Assembly: GCF_037042905.1 (NCBI RefSeq)
Contig: NC_087263.1
Coordinates: 10,232,001 to 10,296,000, forward strand
Source of the DNA: Lytechinus pictus
Taxonomy: Eukaryota
DNA length: 64,000 bases
Reading direction: 5' to 3'
This document shows, in pieces, positions 24,501-37,453 of this stretch (position 1 is the stretch's first letter; every line of letters begins with the position of its first letter). The translations under genes were made by a program, and so were the position numbers. The notes below the pieces were generated by a model. The model saw only the letters and a list, made by a program, of their open reading frames with translations. It searched no databases and had not been told where the DNA came from.

Positions 24501-25355
24501 AAACTTATAGAGCGCTTTATACAAAAGTTTCAAAGCGCTAAGAAAGAAGGGGGAAAAATTCAAGATATCTCAGAAAAAGATATATACGTATTTATTATTA
24601 TTAGTTATTATAATTATTATAATCATGATGATTATGATGATTATGATGATGATGCTTATTATCATTATTATTATACGCGCTTCTGAATTTCAATGAACAT
24701 TACATAATTTATTCTCATAAGATTTATTGAAATACATTATATTCATATATTCATGAAGATTCATTGATACGTATACAAATGAGTATGACCATGTATGACT
24801 ACCTAGTGGATCGAGATAGGCAAACGGGACATGCCCCCCACTGCTCATTTGTTTAACACCATTAGTATGTACTTTTAAATAGGAAGTGTCCCAGATCTTG
24901 TGCATCCTTTTCAAAATGAGGATGGAAACAAATACTTGTTGACTTTTCCTCATTTTATCTGCGGGGAGGGGCTTTTTATTCATGGGAAAAAATAATCATA
25001 TTCGTCATACTCTAATTAATACTCTTGGCTTTTTTTTTGCTGGCCATTTTCTTGATTAACCAGTATGCTGTTTCGTTCCCAAATCTAATGATGAAATAAC
25101 GATGATTACAATAAGTTTCTACAATCAACTTCGAAAGGTTAGTGATTGTAAGGTTACAATACTACAAGATTCTCTAAGTTAATGGAAGGGAATGCAGTGT
25201 TTGAAAAATGGAAGAGAGAAAGAGAAAGATAATGTAGACCATAAGGAGATACGAGATAAATATGAAATAAGATGCAAGTGGAATTTATTGCACAACGTAT
25301 GATATTGAAAAGATAATGGCAATGGAAACAGAAGAAGTATGTATGCTTCACGTAC

Positions 25356-25529
25356 CCATTTCGTACATATATCCAACATCTTTTTCGTTGCTCCTGGAGA
25401 GACCGATATGTGCGTCGTTGTTAGCGCTGACCTCGAAGTCAACTGAAGTCATGGCAGGGGTCACTGCTAATCCGGGAAAGGTATATTGTCTAGTGGTGCC
25501 AACGTCCACCGTATAAAATATCGGGCATG
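25356..25529 (-). CDS. EGF/FAMeT-domain protein exon 4 (N-terminal half of FAMeT-like domain)
   Basis: CPIFYTVDVGTTRQYTF...VDFEVSANNDAHIGLS...YMYEM; F.V.A.NDAHI.L..YE is the family signature; G|gtacgt donor, phase 1-1. Confidence 0.85.
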
Positions 25530-25837
25530 CTGTTATGTTAATAAGATATATATTATATATGTTTCCATCTGAATATTTCATTTAATGTTTGTATTTCAAT
25601 ACGGTACAGCCGTACAAACAAACTTCTTTTATGTACTGAATGAATAACTGGCAATGTTCAAGTTATCTAAAAAAAAGATTTCCCCCCCCCCCAATAATTG
25701 TTCTTGTACATTCCAGGAGCAAATCAGTTACAAATAACTAGATGCCAGCGTCAGTTCAGTGCAATTATTACTTTACTTATATTTGAAAAATTTCCAGTAA
25801 ATTCAGCAGAATGAATGAATAGAAATGCATGACTATA

Positions 25838-26336
25838 CGGTCACACTTCGTAATTCCGAAGGTTCTTTATTCCGAAGGTTCGTAATTCCGAAACACGCAA
25901 ATTGCCTATACCTCGATGTTCGTTAATCCGAAAACGTAAAAGGGTTCGATGTTCCAAAGGTTCGTTAATCCGAAAACGATATAAGGTTCGTTGTTCCGAA
26001 AGTTCGTTAATCCGAAAACGAAATAAGGTTCGTTGTTCCGAAGGTTCGTTAGTCCGAAAACGAAATAAGGTTAGTTAAATCATTTAGTTTTCGGACTAAC
26101 GAACCATCGGAATTATGAACCTCATTTCTTTTTCGGATTAACGAACCTTCGGAATTACGAACCTCACTTTCGTTTTCGGACTAACGAACCTTCGGAATTA
26201 CGAACCTCACTTTCGTTTTCGGACTAACGAACCTTCGGAATTACGAACCTTCGAAAATACGAACCTTCGGAATAACGAACCTTCGGAATATCCGAACCTT
26301 CGAAATAACGAAGCTTTGGAATTACGAATGTATGCG
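25838..26336. mobile_element. Foldback MITE built from TTCGTAATTCCGAAGG-like tandem subrepeats
   Basis: The left arm repeats GGTTCGT(A/T)ATCCGAA and the right arm is its reverse complement (TTCGGAATTACGAACC). Confidence 0.8.
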
Positions 26337-27535
26337 TTACTATACGTATCATTTCCACCCATCTGACTACTTATGGAGGCATATTAACTAGATTTGATTC
26401 TAAAGATTGTACACTTAGAACTATTGTCAATCTAATTAAGCTATCAATCGATCACCAAGGATTCATCTCTTGCGACTTTTAACTCACTTCATCCATTCTT
26501 ATTGTAAATATCTTGTACTTCAAAAATATAGTGTGCATGATTTTCTTTGTTAATGAAACCAAATGAAAGAATAAGAGTGTCGTTTGGTTCTAGTACCTTT
26601 CGACTAATTTGGCTATGCACAATGATTTAATGTCATTAATGCATTTCGTCGAGAAATTTATTGGTGTAAAAAAAAGAGTCTTTAACACAGTGACATGCGC
26701 TACAATGCCAAATACTAATCCATTTTTACTCATAAATATTACACGTAAATACTGCGAACAAACCACCGGGAAACGAAGAGAAAATTAAATGGATTAAATG
26801 CACTGGACCCTGACATGACAATAAAGATATGAGCAGTAAGCTCCATTTGTTGCCTGTGCTTGTAATATGTTGTAAAATGGAGCACTTGAAAAGTGCGCGT
26901 GAAAATAATCTTTTAGTGCTTTAAAGACGAACAAATATATAAGTGACTGGAAACATCATCTATTTTTTTTCACTCACTACATAATAATACAATTGTTGTC
27001 CCCATGGGAGAAATTATGATTTTTCGGTCACAGCTCTCTTAACAGAGTCTTCATAAATTTGATTTCATTTATTCTTAGGTGTGTTGAATCAAATTTATGA
27101 ACGATACTAAGTGCAATTCACATCAGGGTTTAAGGATTTTTTTTCTTTTTGAAACAAGACACCTGTAATGTTGCATGCATAATGTGGGTTGATACAAATA
27201 AAGTAAGGAGTTTTCGTAACCACAACGGGGACATATTCAAGAACACAGTAAATCTATTGAAAATGCCCGTCAAATGAGAAAGAACAGCTGGGAGGTCTTT
27301 GTCGAAAATTGGTAAGCTGGAACAGCAGTTTTGTCCTAAGTTTCGAAGCTGACGAAGATGCCAATATTTCGGTTGTCGAGAGTCCAGGACGAAACTGCCG
27401 TTTTGATCACCAATAATTTTCAACAAAGACTTTTTGGTTGTACTTTGTCGTGGAATGCATTTGGTAATACATATTTTATGTTCTTGAATCATTATGCGTC
27501 GTAGAAGGGAAAAATCTCTAGTACATCATACTTAC

Positions 27536-27634
27536 AACATGTGGCACCATAGAAGTTTTCAGGACAGATGCATTCAAATCCGATAAAAGTTTCCTTGCAG
27601 GTTCCTTCGTTGAGACAAGGGTTTGATACGCAAT
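27536..27634 (-). CDS. EGF/FAMeT-domain protein exon 3 (EGF domain)
   Basis: [33 protein letters not shown] has six Cys in EGF spacing; ccacag| acceptor, T|gtaagt donor, 99 nt, phase 1-1. Confidence 0.9.
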
Positions 27635-27894
27635 CTGTGGATGGAAAAGGGTAGGCGTATGTAAAACGAGCTTTCATATGATTTCTCATATACGGTTCGT
27701 TTATAAACCAGGATATAGCAAAAGCCTACCCCAGTTGATGAGTTCTCAAATGATCTGACATTCCGGTCCCACCTATCGCAGTATATAGGGATCCACAATA
27801 AACATGATAAATATTTCTCACTATAATTTCAACCAAAAAGTACTTAGCATAGGCAACTTGTAGCAGAAATCTGATGCTCTCCAACAACAGTTTA

Positions 27895-28270
27895 AGAGAA
27901 TGGGGTGGTGAAGGAAGAGGAGGAGAAAGAAGAAGAGGAGGACGAAGAGGAAGAACTAGAGGAAGTAGAAGAAGAACAAGAAGAGGAAGATTGAAGAAGA
28001 GGAAGAAGGAAGAGGAGAGGGAGAAGAAAATGAATTAGAAGAGGAGGAAGAAGAGGAAGGAGGAGGAGAAGCAGAATAAGAAGGAGTAGTAGAAGACGAG
28101 GAAGGAGGAGAATAAAGAGGAAAAGAAGAAGATGAAAGAAGAAGACAAAAACTACAAAAAGAGGAGGAAGGAGGAAAGAGGAAGAAGTAAAAGAAAAAGA
28201 GGAGGGGGATAGCAGGAACAAGTAAAATAAGATAAAGGCGAAGAAGAATTAGAAGAGGAGGAGGAGGAGT
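27895..28270. repeat. Purine-rich (GAA/GAG)n low-complexity tract
   Basis: Directly visible; a similar tract is at about 40490-40700. Confidence 0.9.
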
Positions 28271-28568
28271 CATATTAGCGATATTAAAAAAAAATACTAT
28301 TCCGCTCTCTGGCCAATTTTCTCAGTTTTGTTCTTGCATTGCAACTAGGAAATAATGCTTATTATGACGACTTATGCTCCCTTTGAAATTAAATCTTTGG
28401 CTCGCTTCACATTTCATTAACAAATTAAAGGGGCAATCCAGGATAAACAAAAATATATGATTTGAACAAAGTAAAGTCAGACAAAAACGAAACACTGAAA
28501 ATTTCATCAAAATCGGACAAGGAATGAAAACAAGTTATGACATAATTACAGTTTAACATTATCTCATA

Positions 28569-28807
28569 CACAGCAAAAACTGTGGTGTTAACCGGTGTAC
28601 ATAGAGGACCACACCAGTTGTTTTAGACCGGTGTTAAATTGGTGGTGTTAGTTTTACACCCATAGGTGTTATTACAACACCTTTGGTTGTTACATTTACA
28701 CTCTTTGGTGTTATGTTCAATCTCTAGGGTGTAGTTTTAACACCTCAGGGTGTGGTCCTCTATTAACACCAACTGGTGTCAGTTTTAACACCACAGTTTT
28801 TACAGTG
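28569..28807. mobile_element. MITE, CAC..AAAAACTGTGGTGTTAA TIR, TA TSD
   Basis: ta|CACAGCAAAAACTGTGGTGTTAA ... TTAACACCACAGTTTTTACAGTG|ta. Relatives at about 12500-12956, 31177-31300, 32190-32320 and 37135-37335. Confidence 0.8.
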
Positions 28808-29056
28808 TAAAACAGCTCTATGCATGTCCTCATGTCATGAGCAATCTGATTATGTCATATCCACACTTTCTTTTGCATTTTTATTTATGCTCTATATTAT
28901 ACTGTTTTTTTTTTTTTTTTTTTTTACGAATTAAGAATGCCCTTCTGTAAAATTGTACTTGATTTGTATTACTTTATATTACTTTGTATTATGTTTTGAA
29001 TGGAAATGAAATAAAGAATTGAATTGAATTGAATATGTGCAAATGAGTTTATTTAA

Positions 29057-29454
29057 AGAGAAATTCCAGTAGTTGCAGTAAACACTGATTTCATGAGAAA
29101 GTCTGTAAAACAAGGCTTAATTGTCAGTATATCATCGAGGATCTAGATCTGGTACAGTTACATAAACTGAACTTCGTGAAATCTTGAAATCTAGTACGCT
29201 GAAAAATGTTCAGACTGAAGATCCCCAACACAGATAAGCGCACGTGGGACAGTGTATAATTATTGCTTTGAATGTCGGGCCCGACGCTCTACCCGAATCC
29301 TGTGCGTATTTGCTGATTTCTCAGCAATTACACAATTTCTTCTAGAATCCTTTGGCACATACGTTTTATTTATACAAACAGACACTTTGGTGGTCATTTC
29401 ATTGGATTATGTACGAACTCATTTTGATATCGTTACCAAAACTAGCATTTACCT
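29057..29454. mobile_element. Kolobok-like MITE (TTAA TSD, AG termini)
   Basis: ttaa|AGAGAAATTCCAGTAGTTG ... AAAACTAGCATTTACCT|ttaa. Confidence 0.65.
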
Positions 29455-29755
29455 TTAATATTTGTTAACCAAGATTAAAAAAGTGGATGAAAAAAATGAA
29501 AAAAGGCATAATATATCATGATTGTGCAACAAAAAATGGTCAAATTGAGGCTATTAGTTGGAAATATAATGAAAATGCGACAGTATGAGACAACATCAAT
29601 ATTTTATGACCTCCATGAGCAAATTAATTAATTTGATTAGAACATCAATTAGTAGTAGGAGCATTCATGCACAATAAAAATACAAGTTTGGATAGCGATT
29701 TTAATTTCAATTTACTTTTCTAACGGTTCATACCCAGCGAACATTGCGATCTTAA

Positions 29756-30339
29756 AGGGAAATGAAACATTTGGAATAAGTAGGCTTGTGTCTAAATAGA
29801 AAAATCAAAGAAACAGATCAACGAAAGTTTGAGAAAAAATTGACAAACAATGAGAAAGTTATGAGCATTTGAATATTGCAATCACTAATGCTATGGAGAT
29901 CCTCCCATTGGCAATACGACAAGGATGTGTGATGTCACATGTGAACAACTTTCCCTTTGATTGACTATGGAATACTCCCAAAATGTCTCTTTTTCTCTTT
30001 CTTATGGTGATACAAACTCTTTATCCATGATGTATTCTTTAAAAATCTGTATTACATGCAATCCTATAGAAAGTCAAAATGATCTACTGATAGATGTGAT
30101 AAAAGAGGCAATTTAAGTGAAATATATACTAAAGTAATGGGGAGAGTTGTTCACAAGTGACATCACGCATCTTTGTCGCATTGCCAATGTGAGGATCTCC
30201 ATAGCATTCGTGATCGCAATATTCAAATGCTCATAACCTTTTCAATATTTGTCCGATTTTTCTCGAACTTTCGTTGATCTGTTTCTTTGATTTTTCTGTC
30301 CTCACAAAAGCTATCTTGTTCTAAATGTTTCATTCTCCT
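29756..30339. mobile_element. Kolobok-like palindromic MITE (TTAA TSD)
   Basis: ttaa|AGGGAAATGAAACATTT ... AAATGTTTCATTCTCCT|ttaa; arms complementary for about 200 bp. Degenerate relative at about 47455-47910. Confidence 0.8.
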
Positions 30340-32100
30340 TTAATTTCGAGGAAGAAAAGATCAACACTTGCATAACCACGGAGATTGACCTTGATAGTTT
30401 TAGAGAGTTCAATCACCACATGTATACGCGTATATAACCTCGATAATCTATTCCGATTATCAATTTTTGCCGCTGAACTAAAAATATTCCATTATTTAGG
30501 ATGAATGCTTTTTCGTTGGGTCGACAATTTATATATATGCCGTTGGATATGGGAGTTTGGCACTGCGACGCAGGACGAATCGAAGAACACAGAAAATGTA
30601 TTGATATACCCTGTCTGATGACAGTAAACAGTATGGAGGTTTTTGTCGAAAAGAGGTGAACTGGGAGGGCATATCGTCTTAAGATTCGGAGCTGACGAGA
30701 AATTGCAAATATGTGTTTGCCCTTAGTCCTGGGGGCCGTTTCATAAAGCTGTTCATAAGTTAAGAGCGACTTTAAGAACGACTGGTGATCCTTTCTTACG
30801 CGCTAAACCATCGCCAATGAATATACCATTTACCACAAGAAAGGATCATCAGTCGTTCTTGAAATCGCTTTTAACTTACGAACCGTCAGCTTTATGAAAC
30901 CCTACCACGACGAAACTGCTCTTTTCATTCACCAAATTTCGACAGACTTCTTGGTTCGTCTTTGTCATGAAAGGCATTTGACAATACATTTTATGTTCTT
31001 GACAGCGTTCTGCGCAGCGGTAAGAACAATTTCTCATGTTTCATTGTTTACAACGCGTCGACGTCGACGTATTGAAAACTCTTTGGTCATGTCGTTTCAA
31101 CGCTAAATGCCAAGGAAACAGTATTACAAACTGTGTGCAAACAGGATTTTGCAGACGATCAATCGTCATCGTTGTGCACATAAAACAAGAAACTGTGGTG
31201 TTAAATTGATGTTAATCGGTGTCCGTAGAGGACCACACCATTTATTTTACTCCAATGTTAAGTCTACTGTGCTAGTTCAACACCCATGCTGGGTGTTATA
31301 ACAATTTCGTAGTAGGATTCAGGGGGAGGGGCGACAAAAAAAAGAACAAGAAAGAGAAAGGAGAGGAGAAACAGAAGAGGAAAAATAAGAAGAGGCAGAC
31401 AAGTGAATAAAAAAGATAAGGGGAAGACACGGAAAATATAAAATCTTTCATTCTCATATATTTTTTTGCTCTCACTTCGTGCTCGCATTGTCTGTTCGAT
31501 GTGTACAGATCTTGCTCAACAGGCTTTAATGGAGATTAAAATATCATCCAGTTTTTTTAAGTCAATGAATAAAAAAAAATTGACATTTTGTTTGATTTAC
31601 AATATCAGCTTTAAAAAGTGTTCAGAAAAAAATGTCAAACTTGAGGGACTGAATATCAACCTTTTTAGCTCACGTTGCGTGCTCACGTCTATTATTAGTT
31701 ACACACCTACCCTGTTCATATTACAATGCTTACAATATCCAGTTTCAGGTTTGAATATAAAAAGTTTCAGCTCTCGCTTCGCGCTCGCATTATTTACTAA
31801 GGGATTATGAGATGCCATTATCTTGTTTATAATAAAGCTACGAAAACACTTTTAGGACTGTCCATTCAAAGAAACCAACAAAATTAACCTTTAAGCGGTT
31901 GATCGGTGAAAATGTGGATTCCGAAACTCATAACAAGGTGAAGTATAGGTAACTATTTTATAGGTAATAATTGTAAGTTTAAATACTAAGTAATTCTGTA
32001 ATTCACAAGTCTATTTTCTTTGTTTGCAGTATGTGTATTTTGTTTCCTTTATGGCAAAGCGCGTAGAGAAACTTTCAGTCTATTATGCGCTATATAAGAG

Positions 32101-32134
<34 letters not shown>

Positions 32135-32712
32135 ATTGTTATTATTATTATTATTATAAACAAATCTCCCCCCCCCCCCCGCCCCTGAATTGCACCTTTG
32201 GTTGTTACTTTCACACCGTTGGTGTTATATTCAAATACTAGGGTGTAATTACAACACTTCAGTGTGTGGTCCTCTAAGGAGGCCAACTGGTGTAAATTTA
32301 AGCACCTAGTTTTTAGAGGGTAATGGCATCCGCCGTGAAAAAAGCTCCTTGTTATCAACTTCAGGCCGATATGGTAATATGGACATAAATTTGTAATGCG
32401 CCGGTATCCATCATAAGAGATGCACATGGCGCAGTAAAGAAAGAAGAAAAAAATAATCAAGAAATTAAAAAGGGGAAGAATTATAATTACTTAAAAGCTT
32501 GTGTGAATAACCAGGTTTTCAGAGAACTTTTGAAGTGGTGAGACAAGAAATGTTACGGATATCTTTTGGAAGTATATTCCATAGGAATGGCCCAGCGTAT
32601 AGGAAGGGTCGATCCCCCATGAATTATGAGATTGCCGACCTTAAAGTTACGAGAGGGATTGTAAGGAGTTATCAAGTCACAGTTGTAATCACAGGGAAAA
32701 GATATGAATTAC

Positions 32713-32907
32713 CTGGAATTTCACAAATAAATCTATGCTCCACGTTTGCCAGTTCTGGTATATTTTTCATCCAGGAAAGGTCATTTTGTATCAATTTGGG
32801 TGCCATGGTAACAATGTGGCCATCGTCGAGTGTTTTGGCGCCGCAGACCATATTTACTACACCCGGGCAAAATTCAGCTTCTCCCGTTGTAACAGATCGT
32901 TGAACAA
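32713..32907 (-). CDS. EGF/FAMeT-domain protein exon 2 (end of leader plus degenerate C-type-lectin-like segment)
   Basis: Open 195 nt, phase 1-1: VQRSVTTGEAEFCPGVVNMVCGAKTLDDGHIVTMAPKLIQNDLSWMKNIPELANVEHRFICEIP; gcag| acceptor, CCAG|gtaatt donor. Confidence 0.65.
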
Positions 32908-33002
32908 CTGCATTGATGACAATAACGTTATTTAAAAGGGGTTGTCACACAATTCCCCCGTCTTACGAAGAGTTCCGATTGATCTGATCGACCTCAACTA
33001 TG

Positions 33003-33238
33003 CACTCTTAAAAATAATTAAAACAACGCTGTTTGCTATGTGAATCGCACAGTAGTTGTTTAAACATTTTAAACAAGCGTTTAAAATATTAAACAACCAT
33101 GCTTAAATTATTGATAATAAAATATTTGAAATTAAACATCTTTTTTTTTTTTTTTTTTTTAACATTTGTTTAGAATGTTTAAACAACTACTGTGCGATTC
33201 AAATAGTAAACAGCGTTGTTTAAATTATTTTAACAGTG
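33003..33238. mobile_element. Palindromic MITE with CACT..TAAAA termini
   Basis: About 65-bp arms: ACAACGCTGTTTGCTATGTGAATCGCACAGTAGTTGTTTAAACATT and its reverse complement. Confidence 0.8.
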
Positions 33239-33483
33239 TGTAGAAATCCACCAACGTCATAAATTTTCATGCAAGATATATGCAAAATGTCAATTTATAA
33301 AACAAAGAGGAGCACACTGAATTGTCAAGAAATAATGCATGCCAAGAAGCAATGCATGTATAGATATACATCAAAAGAATTATCTAAGAAAACATTTTGA
33401 ACCGAAAAAGATGTTGGTGCCGCTGGCATTCCATCGTAAGAGTAATGATACCTCTGTGTAAGACGGAGCCCAGAACATATTAA

Positions 33484-34076
33484 AGGGATGGTCAAGGCTG
33501 GAGATATTTGTATCTCAATAAATAGAGTAAAATTCACATAGCAAAATGCTGAAAATTTGATCAAAATCTGGTAACAAATAACGAAGTTATCAAATTTTAA
33601 AGATTTGCATTATTCCAGTGAAACAGTTCTAGGCATGTCTTTATGAATATTCATTAGGTGAGCTGGTGATGTCATATGCCCCACTTGTTCTTTTGTATTT
33701 TATTATATGAAATTAGATTTATTAAACATTTTCTACCAAGAACTAAAACAATTGGATTGACACTGATTAAGTGCATTAGTTATTTATTGCTGAAATTTAT
33801 TTTATTATAATTGAGACACATCATTTACACATATATGGAAAAATGAAATATCTATGATTTCATGTAATAACATTAGAAAAAGGAAAGTGGGTATTTGACA
33901 TCATCAGCTCACCTAATGACCATGTGCATATAACTGTTTTCACAAAATATTGATAAACTTTAAAATTCAATAACCTCGTTATTTGTTATCCAATTTTGAT
34001 GAAATTTTCAGCATTTTGCTTTGTGTATTTTACTCTATTTATTTAGATATAAATATTTTTAGCCCGGACCATCAAT
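33484..34076. mobile_element. Kolobok-like palindromic MITE (TTAA TSD)
   Basis: ttaa|AGGGATGGTCAAGGCT ... AGCCCGGACCATCAAT|ttaa with long complementary arms. Confidence 0.75.
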
Positions 34077-34226
34077 TTAACCAACGTATGCCGAAATACA
34101 TATGCCATATTCCGATGAATGACGCTAAACTGTACCGTTTTTTGTAAGTTTTTTCTGTATATATCCAAAGGAACTGTTGCTGGGCGGCTAGCGCCATGAG
34201 CGTCATCGGATGGTCTTTGTTCTTAA

Positions 34227-34830
34227 AGGACATGTCCACCCCCAAATAATGTTGATTTGAATCCAAAGAGAAAAAACAATCAAGCATAATGCTGAAAACG
34301 TCATCAAAATTGGATAAAAAATAAAAAGGTTATGAAATTTCCAAGTTTTGCTTATTTTTCACAAAACAGTTATATGTACAACTCAGTGACATGGAAATGA
34401 GGGGGTGGATGATGTCCATCACTCACTATTTCATTGTTTTTATCTATTGATCCGATTATACAATATTTCAATTTTTATAGATTTTTGTTTTTACAATAAG
34501 GACCAACTTGACTGAACCATAAAATGTTCAAACAATGGTAATTCCACAGGTTTAGGAGGAATAAAACCTTGTTTCACATGACAATGAAGAGAAAAGTAGA
34601 ATATTTCATATTTCATACAATAAAGTACAAAGAAATAGTGAGTGGGTACTGTCATCAGTTCCCTCATTTGCATACTGACCCGGATGTGAATATAACTGTT
34701 TTGTCATATCATGAAAAACTTCAAAATGACATAATTTTACTTCCAATGTTTGATGAAATTTTCAGTGTTATGCTTGTTAGAGTTTTCTCTTGTTATTCAA
34801 ATCAATATTTTGTTGGGATGGACTTGGCCT
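34227..34830. mobile_element. Kolobok-like MITE (TTAA TSD), same family as 61670..62268
   Basis: ttaa|AGGACATGTCCACCCC ... GGGATGGACTTGGCCT|ttaa. Confidence 0.8.
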
Positions 34831-35137
34831 TTAATAAGACATCACCATTATTATGTGGATAGGGCCGAGCCATTTTCTACATCTCATGTCTTGATATATA
34901 GTATTGATATAGAGTATTTTTTCTTAATACTGCAAATGACTCTTCATATAGATAAATTGAAATTTTGATTTAAAGGTGGAAATCTGGAAATCGTGTTATT
35001 TTTAGGTACTCAATATACCTATTTTGAAAAAGGATTCAGTAGAAATCTGTATCAAGGAAGGAAGAATGAGGCTGGCGGAAAAAGGCATTAATTTCGTTGT
35101 CCTAGTAAAAATACTAAACAGAGAATGATGCACTCAC

Positions 35138-35192
35138 CTGAGAAAATAAAACTGAGAAGAAACGAAATATTTGCATTTGATCTAGCTCTCAT
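35138..35192 (-). CDS. EGF/FAMeT-domain protein exon 1 (signal peptide)
   Basis: MRARSNANISFLLSFIFS then CAG|gtgagt consensus phase-1 donor, compatible with exon 2. Confidence 0.65.
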
Positions 35193-36199
35193 CGTGATGA
35201 ATTGCAGTGTATTGATTGGTATCACTTTGCTTTTACAAATCCCAGTTTTGCGGCTCACAAAAGAAGAACAAAAATCCCATGCTGCACGAAACAGAGAGCT
35301 GCATTAGAGATGCAGGTTCGCATACTGAATTAAAAGTCTTTGATCGTGATGATAAGTGGTGCGTGGAGGCTCTAGTGACATGATACATCGTGTTGCAGCA
35401 AATTAATCGCATCGCAGTATATCGATATACCTGGTAGAACTGAAAAATGACCATGTTTACTTTTGAAAATTATGGAGGAATGCGGGGATTATTCGCCCTA
35501 TACAGTGCGTCCCAGAAAAAACGAAACCGAGATTAAGCGATGATTTATCATAACTTAAACTCATTTGGCGGGGGATATCTGAATTTCAAAAAGAAAATCC
35601 CATGCCTAAAAAGTTAAATATATCTGCTCTTTTATTTGATACCTTAATCACAAAAAAATGGTCAAGAAGTAAAAAAGTTATGTTCCCTCGAAACAATGCT
35701 TTTATTTCCATAATTTCATTAAATAAACGTGTTTTCACCGGTTTCCAACAGAAGCTATCGCATGGTTAACAAAAGACTTAATGCATGGCTGATCGTCAGC
35801 AAAACGGAGTGTCAAGTGAGTTTGAACGCTAGCCTGTAGAACCTCTTCATTTTATGAAATTATTGAAATTCAAGCCTTTTTTCAAATAAGTGGAATTTTG
35901 TTATTTCTTGACCATTTTCTGTAATTGAGGTATCAAATTAAAGAGCAGATATTGAACTTTTAAAAAATGTTTTTTGGTATCCCCTCTTCAAATTGTTTTT
36001 TCTCACTCATGTGTGAATGAGAAATAATCTAAGTAATTTCAGATGAAAGATGAGATTCTAAGATTTACAATGGTAGGTCATTTGTCTATTGTATTTGTGT
36101 TTAAGTTATGATAAATCATCGATAAGCTCGATGTATTGTTTTCACTGTCGCCTCGTTTTCTTCTTCGATTGGAACGTTTATTCAAAAAGCCCGAGGATC

Positions 36200-36690
36200 G
36201 CGCATGTGTGGTATTATCGTATTCATTATCACTATCAGTGCAATTGTCATCGCTAAAATGATTGTAGACCTCATAATAATGATAGTCATCAAAATTATCG
36301 TCACGATCACTCTCATCATCATCATCATCGCAATCCCTGCCATATCGTTAACATCAACATCGATCATCATTATCTTCATCATAATTACAATAAATGTCAC
36401 CGCCATCTTTATCTCTATCATCATGATTATCTTCACTATCATCATCATCAATATCACTATCATCATCATCATCACCATCATCGTCGTCGTCATCATTACT
36501 ATCATCATCTTCATCATTATCATCATCATTGTCATCATCATCATCATCATAACTATCATCATCATCATTATCATGATCATGATCATCATCATCATCATCG
36601 CCATCACCATCATCATCGCCATCACCATCATCCTCCTCCTCATCATCACAATCGCTTTCATCAATATCATCAAAAGCATCACCATTTCGA
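36200..36690. repeat. Degenerate (ATC)n microsatellite
   Basis: Directly visible; it generates the poly-Ile, poly-Met and poly-Asp ORFs in the track. Confidence 0.95.
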
Positions 36691-37119
36691 CTGTCAGAAA
36701 TAAAGCAGTAACGCCAAACCATGACAAAATTGATTGGAGTACTGAAAATCCGCATACATTGCTTTATTCGTTTTTCATTATCCCAGAGTCACAAATTGCG
36801 TTTTGCGGTGAAGTTTTATTGGACGAATTTAAATTACGTCTTTTGTGCAATGCCATTACCTTACATAATGTATATACATAATTATTAAAAAAAAAAGGAT
36901 TTCCATACTGCGTATTTTTTATTAATAGGGCCTACGTCATTGTTTGGTAATAAAACACACGGCTGTAGATCTTTTTTCTTTACTTCATATTACTTATTTG
37001 TAATTGCACTTATAATTTTAACTATTAATTTCTCCCTTTTTCAGTTTCGTGGCCAATGCTATCTGTGTTATGGTGGAGTGTGTGTGTGTATATGTGTGTG
37101 GGGGTGCGTGTACCCATCA

Positions 37120-37453
37120 GGAGCCCGTAACATACAGTGCAAAAACACCGGTGTTGATTAAACACCAGCCCGGTATCTATATATGTCGATCCACACCAAA
37201 CCGATATTAGTTTAACACTATTGGTGTTGCTTAAATTCCAAATTGGGAGTATGCCTATAACGCCAAACCGGTGTTGTTTCAACACCGATATAGATACCAG
37301 GCTGGTGTTAGATTAACACCGGCGTTTTGGCAGTGCAAAGTTTAGCAATTAATCGTACATATGATTTTCACGACTGATTGTACATTGTAGCCAATGCAAT
37401 CAATCGTTGAAAAATGTCACACGATGACAGCCAAGCTTTGTGTTACGGGTCCC
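37120..37453. mobile_element. MITE (GG.CCCGTAACAC termini, CAG flanks) interrupted by a CAC-family MITE at 37135-37335
   Basis: GGAGCCCGTAACA[insert]CAAAGTTTAGC...GCTTTGTGTTACGGGTCCC; uninterrupted relative at 11560-11721. Confidence 0.65.

Noticed and set aside
27892..28273. Ser/Leu/Pro-rich ORFs
   Set aside because: Derived from a GAA/GAG low-complexity tract; no splice or domain support.
28569..28807. RAG/Transib-type recombination signal ends (CACAG/CACTG termini)
   Set aside because: Flanks are TA dinucleotides rather than 5-bp TSDs, no nonamer sits at 12/23 spacing, and no RAG-like ORF is present; these are ordinary MITEs.
36182..36881. Long ORFs of 133-225 aa (poly-Ile, poly-Met, poly-Asp)
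   Set aside because: Translation artefacts of an (ATC)n microsatellite.
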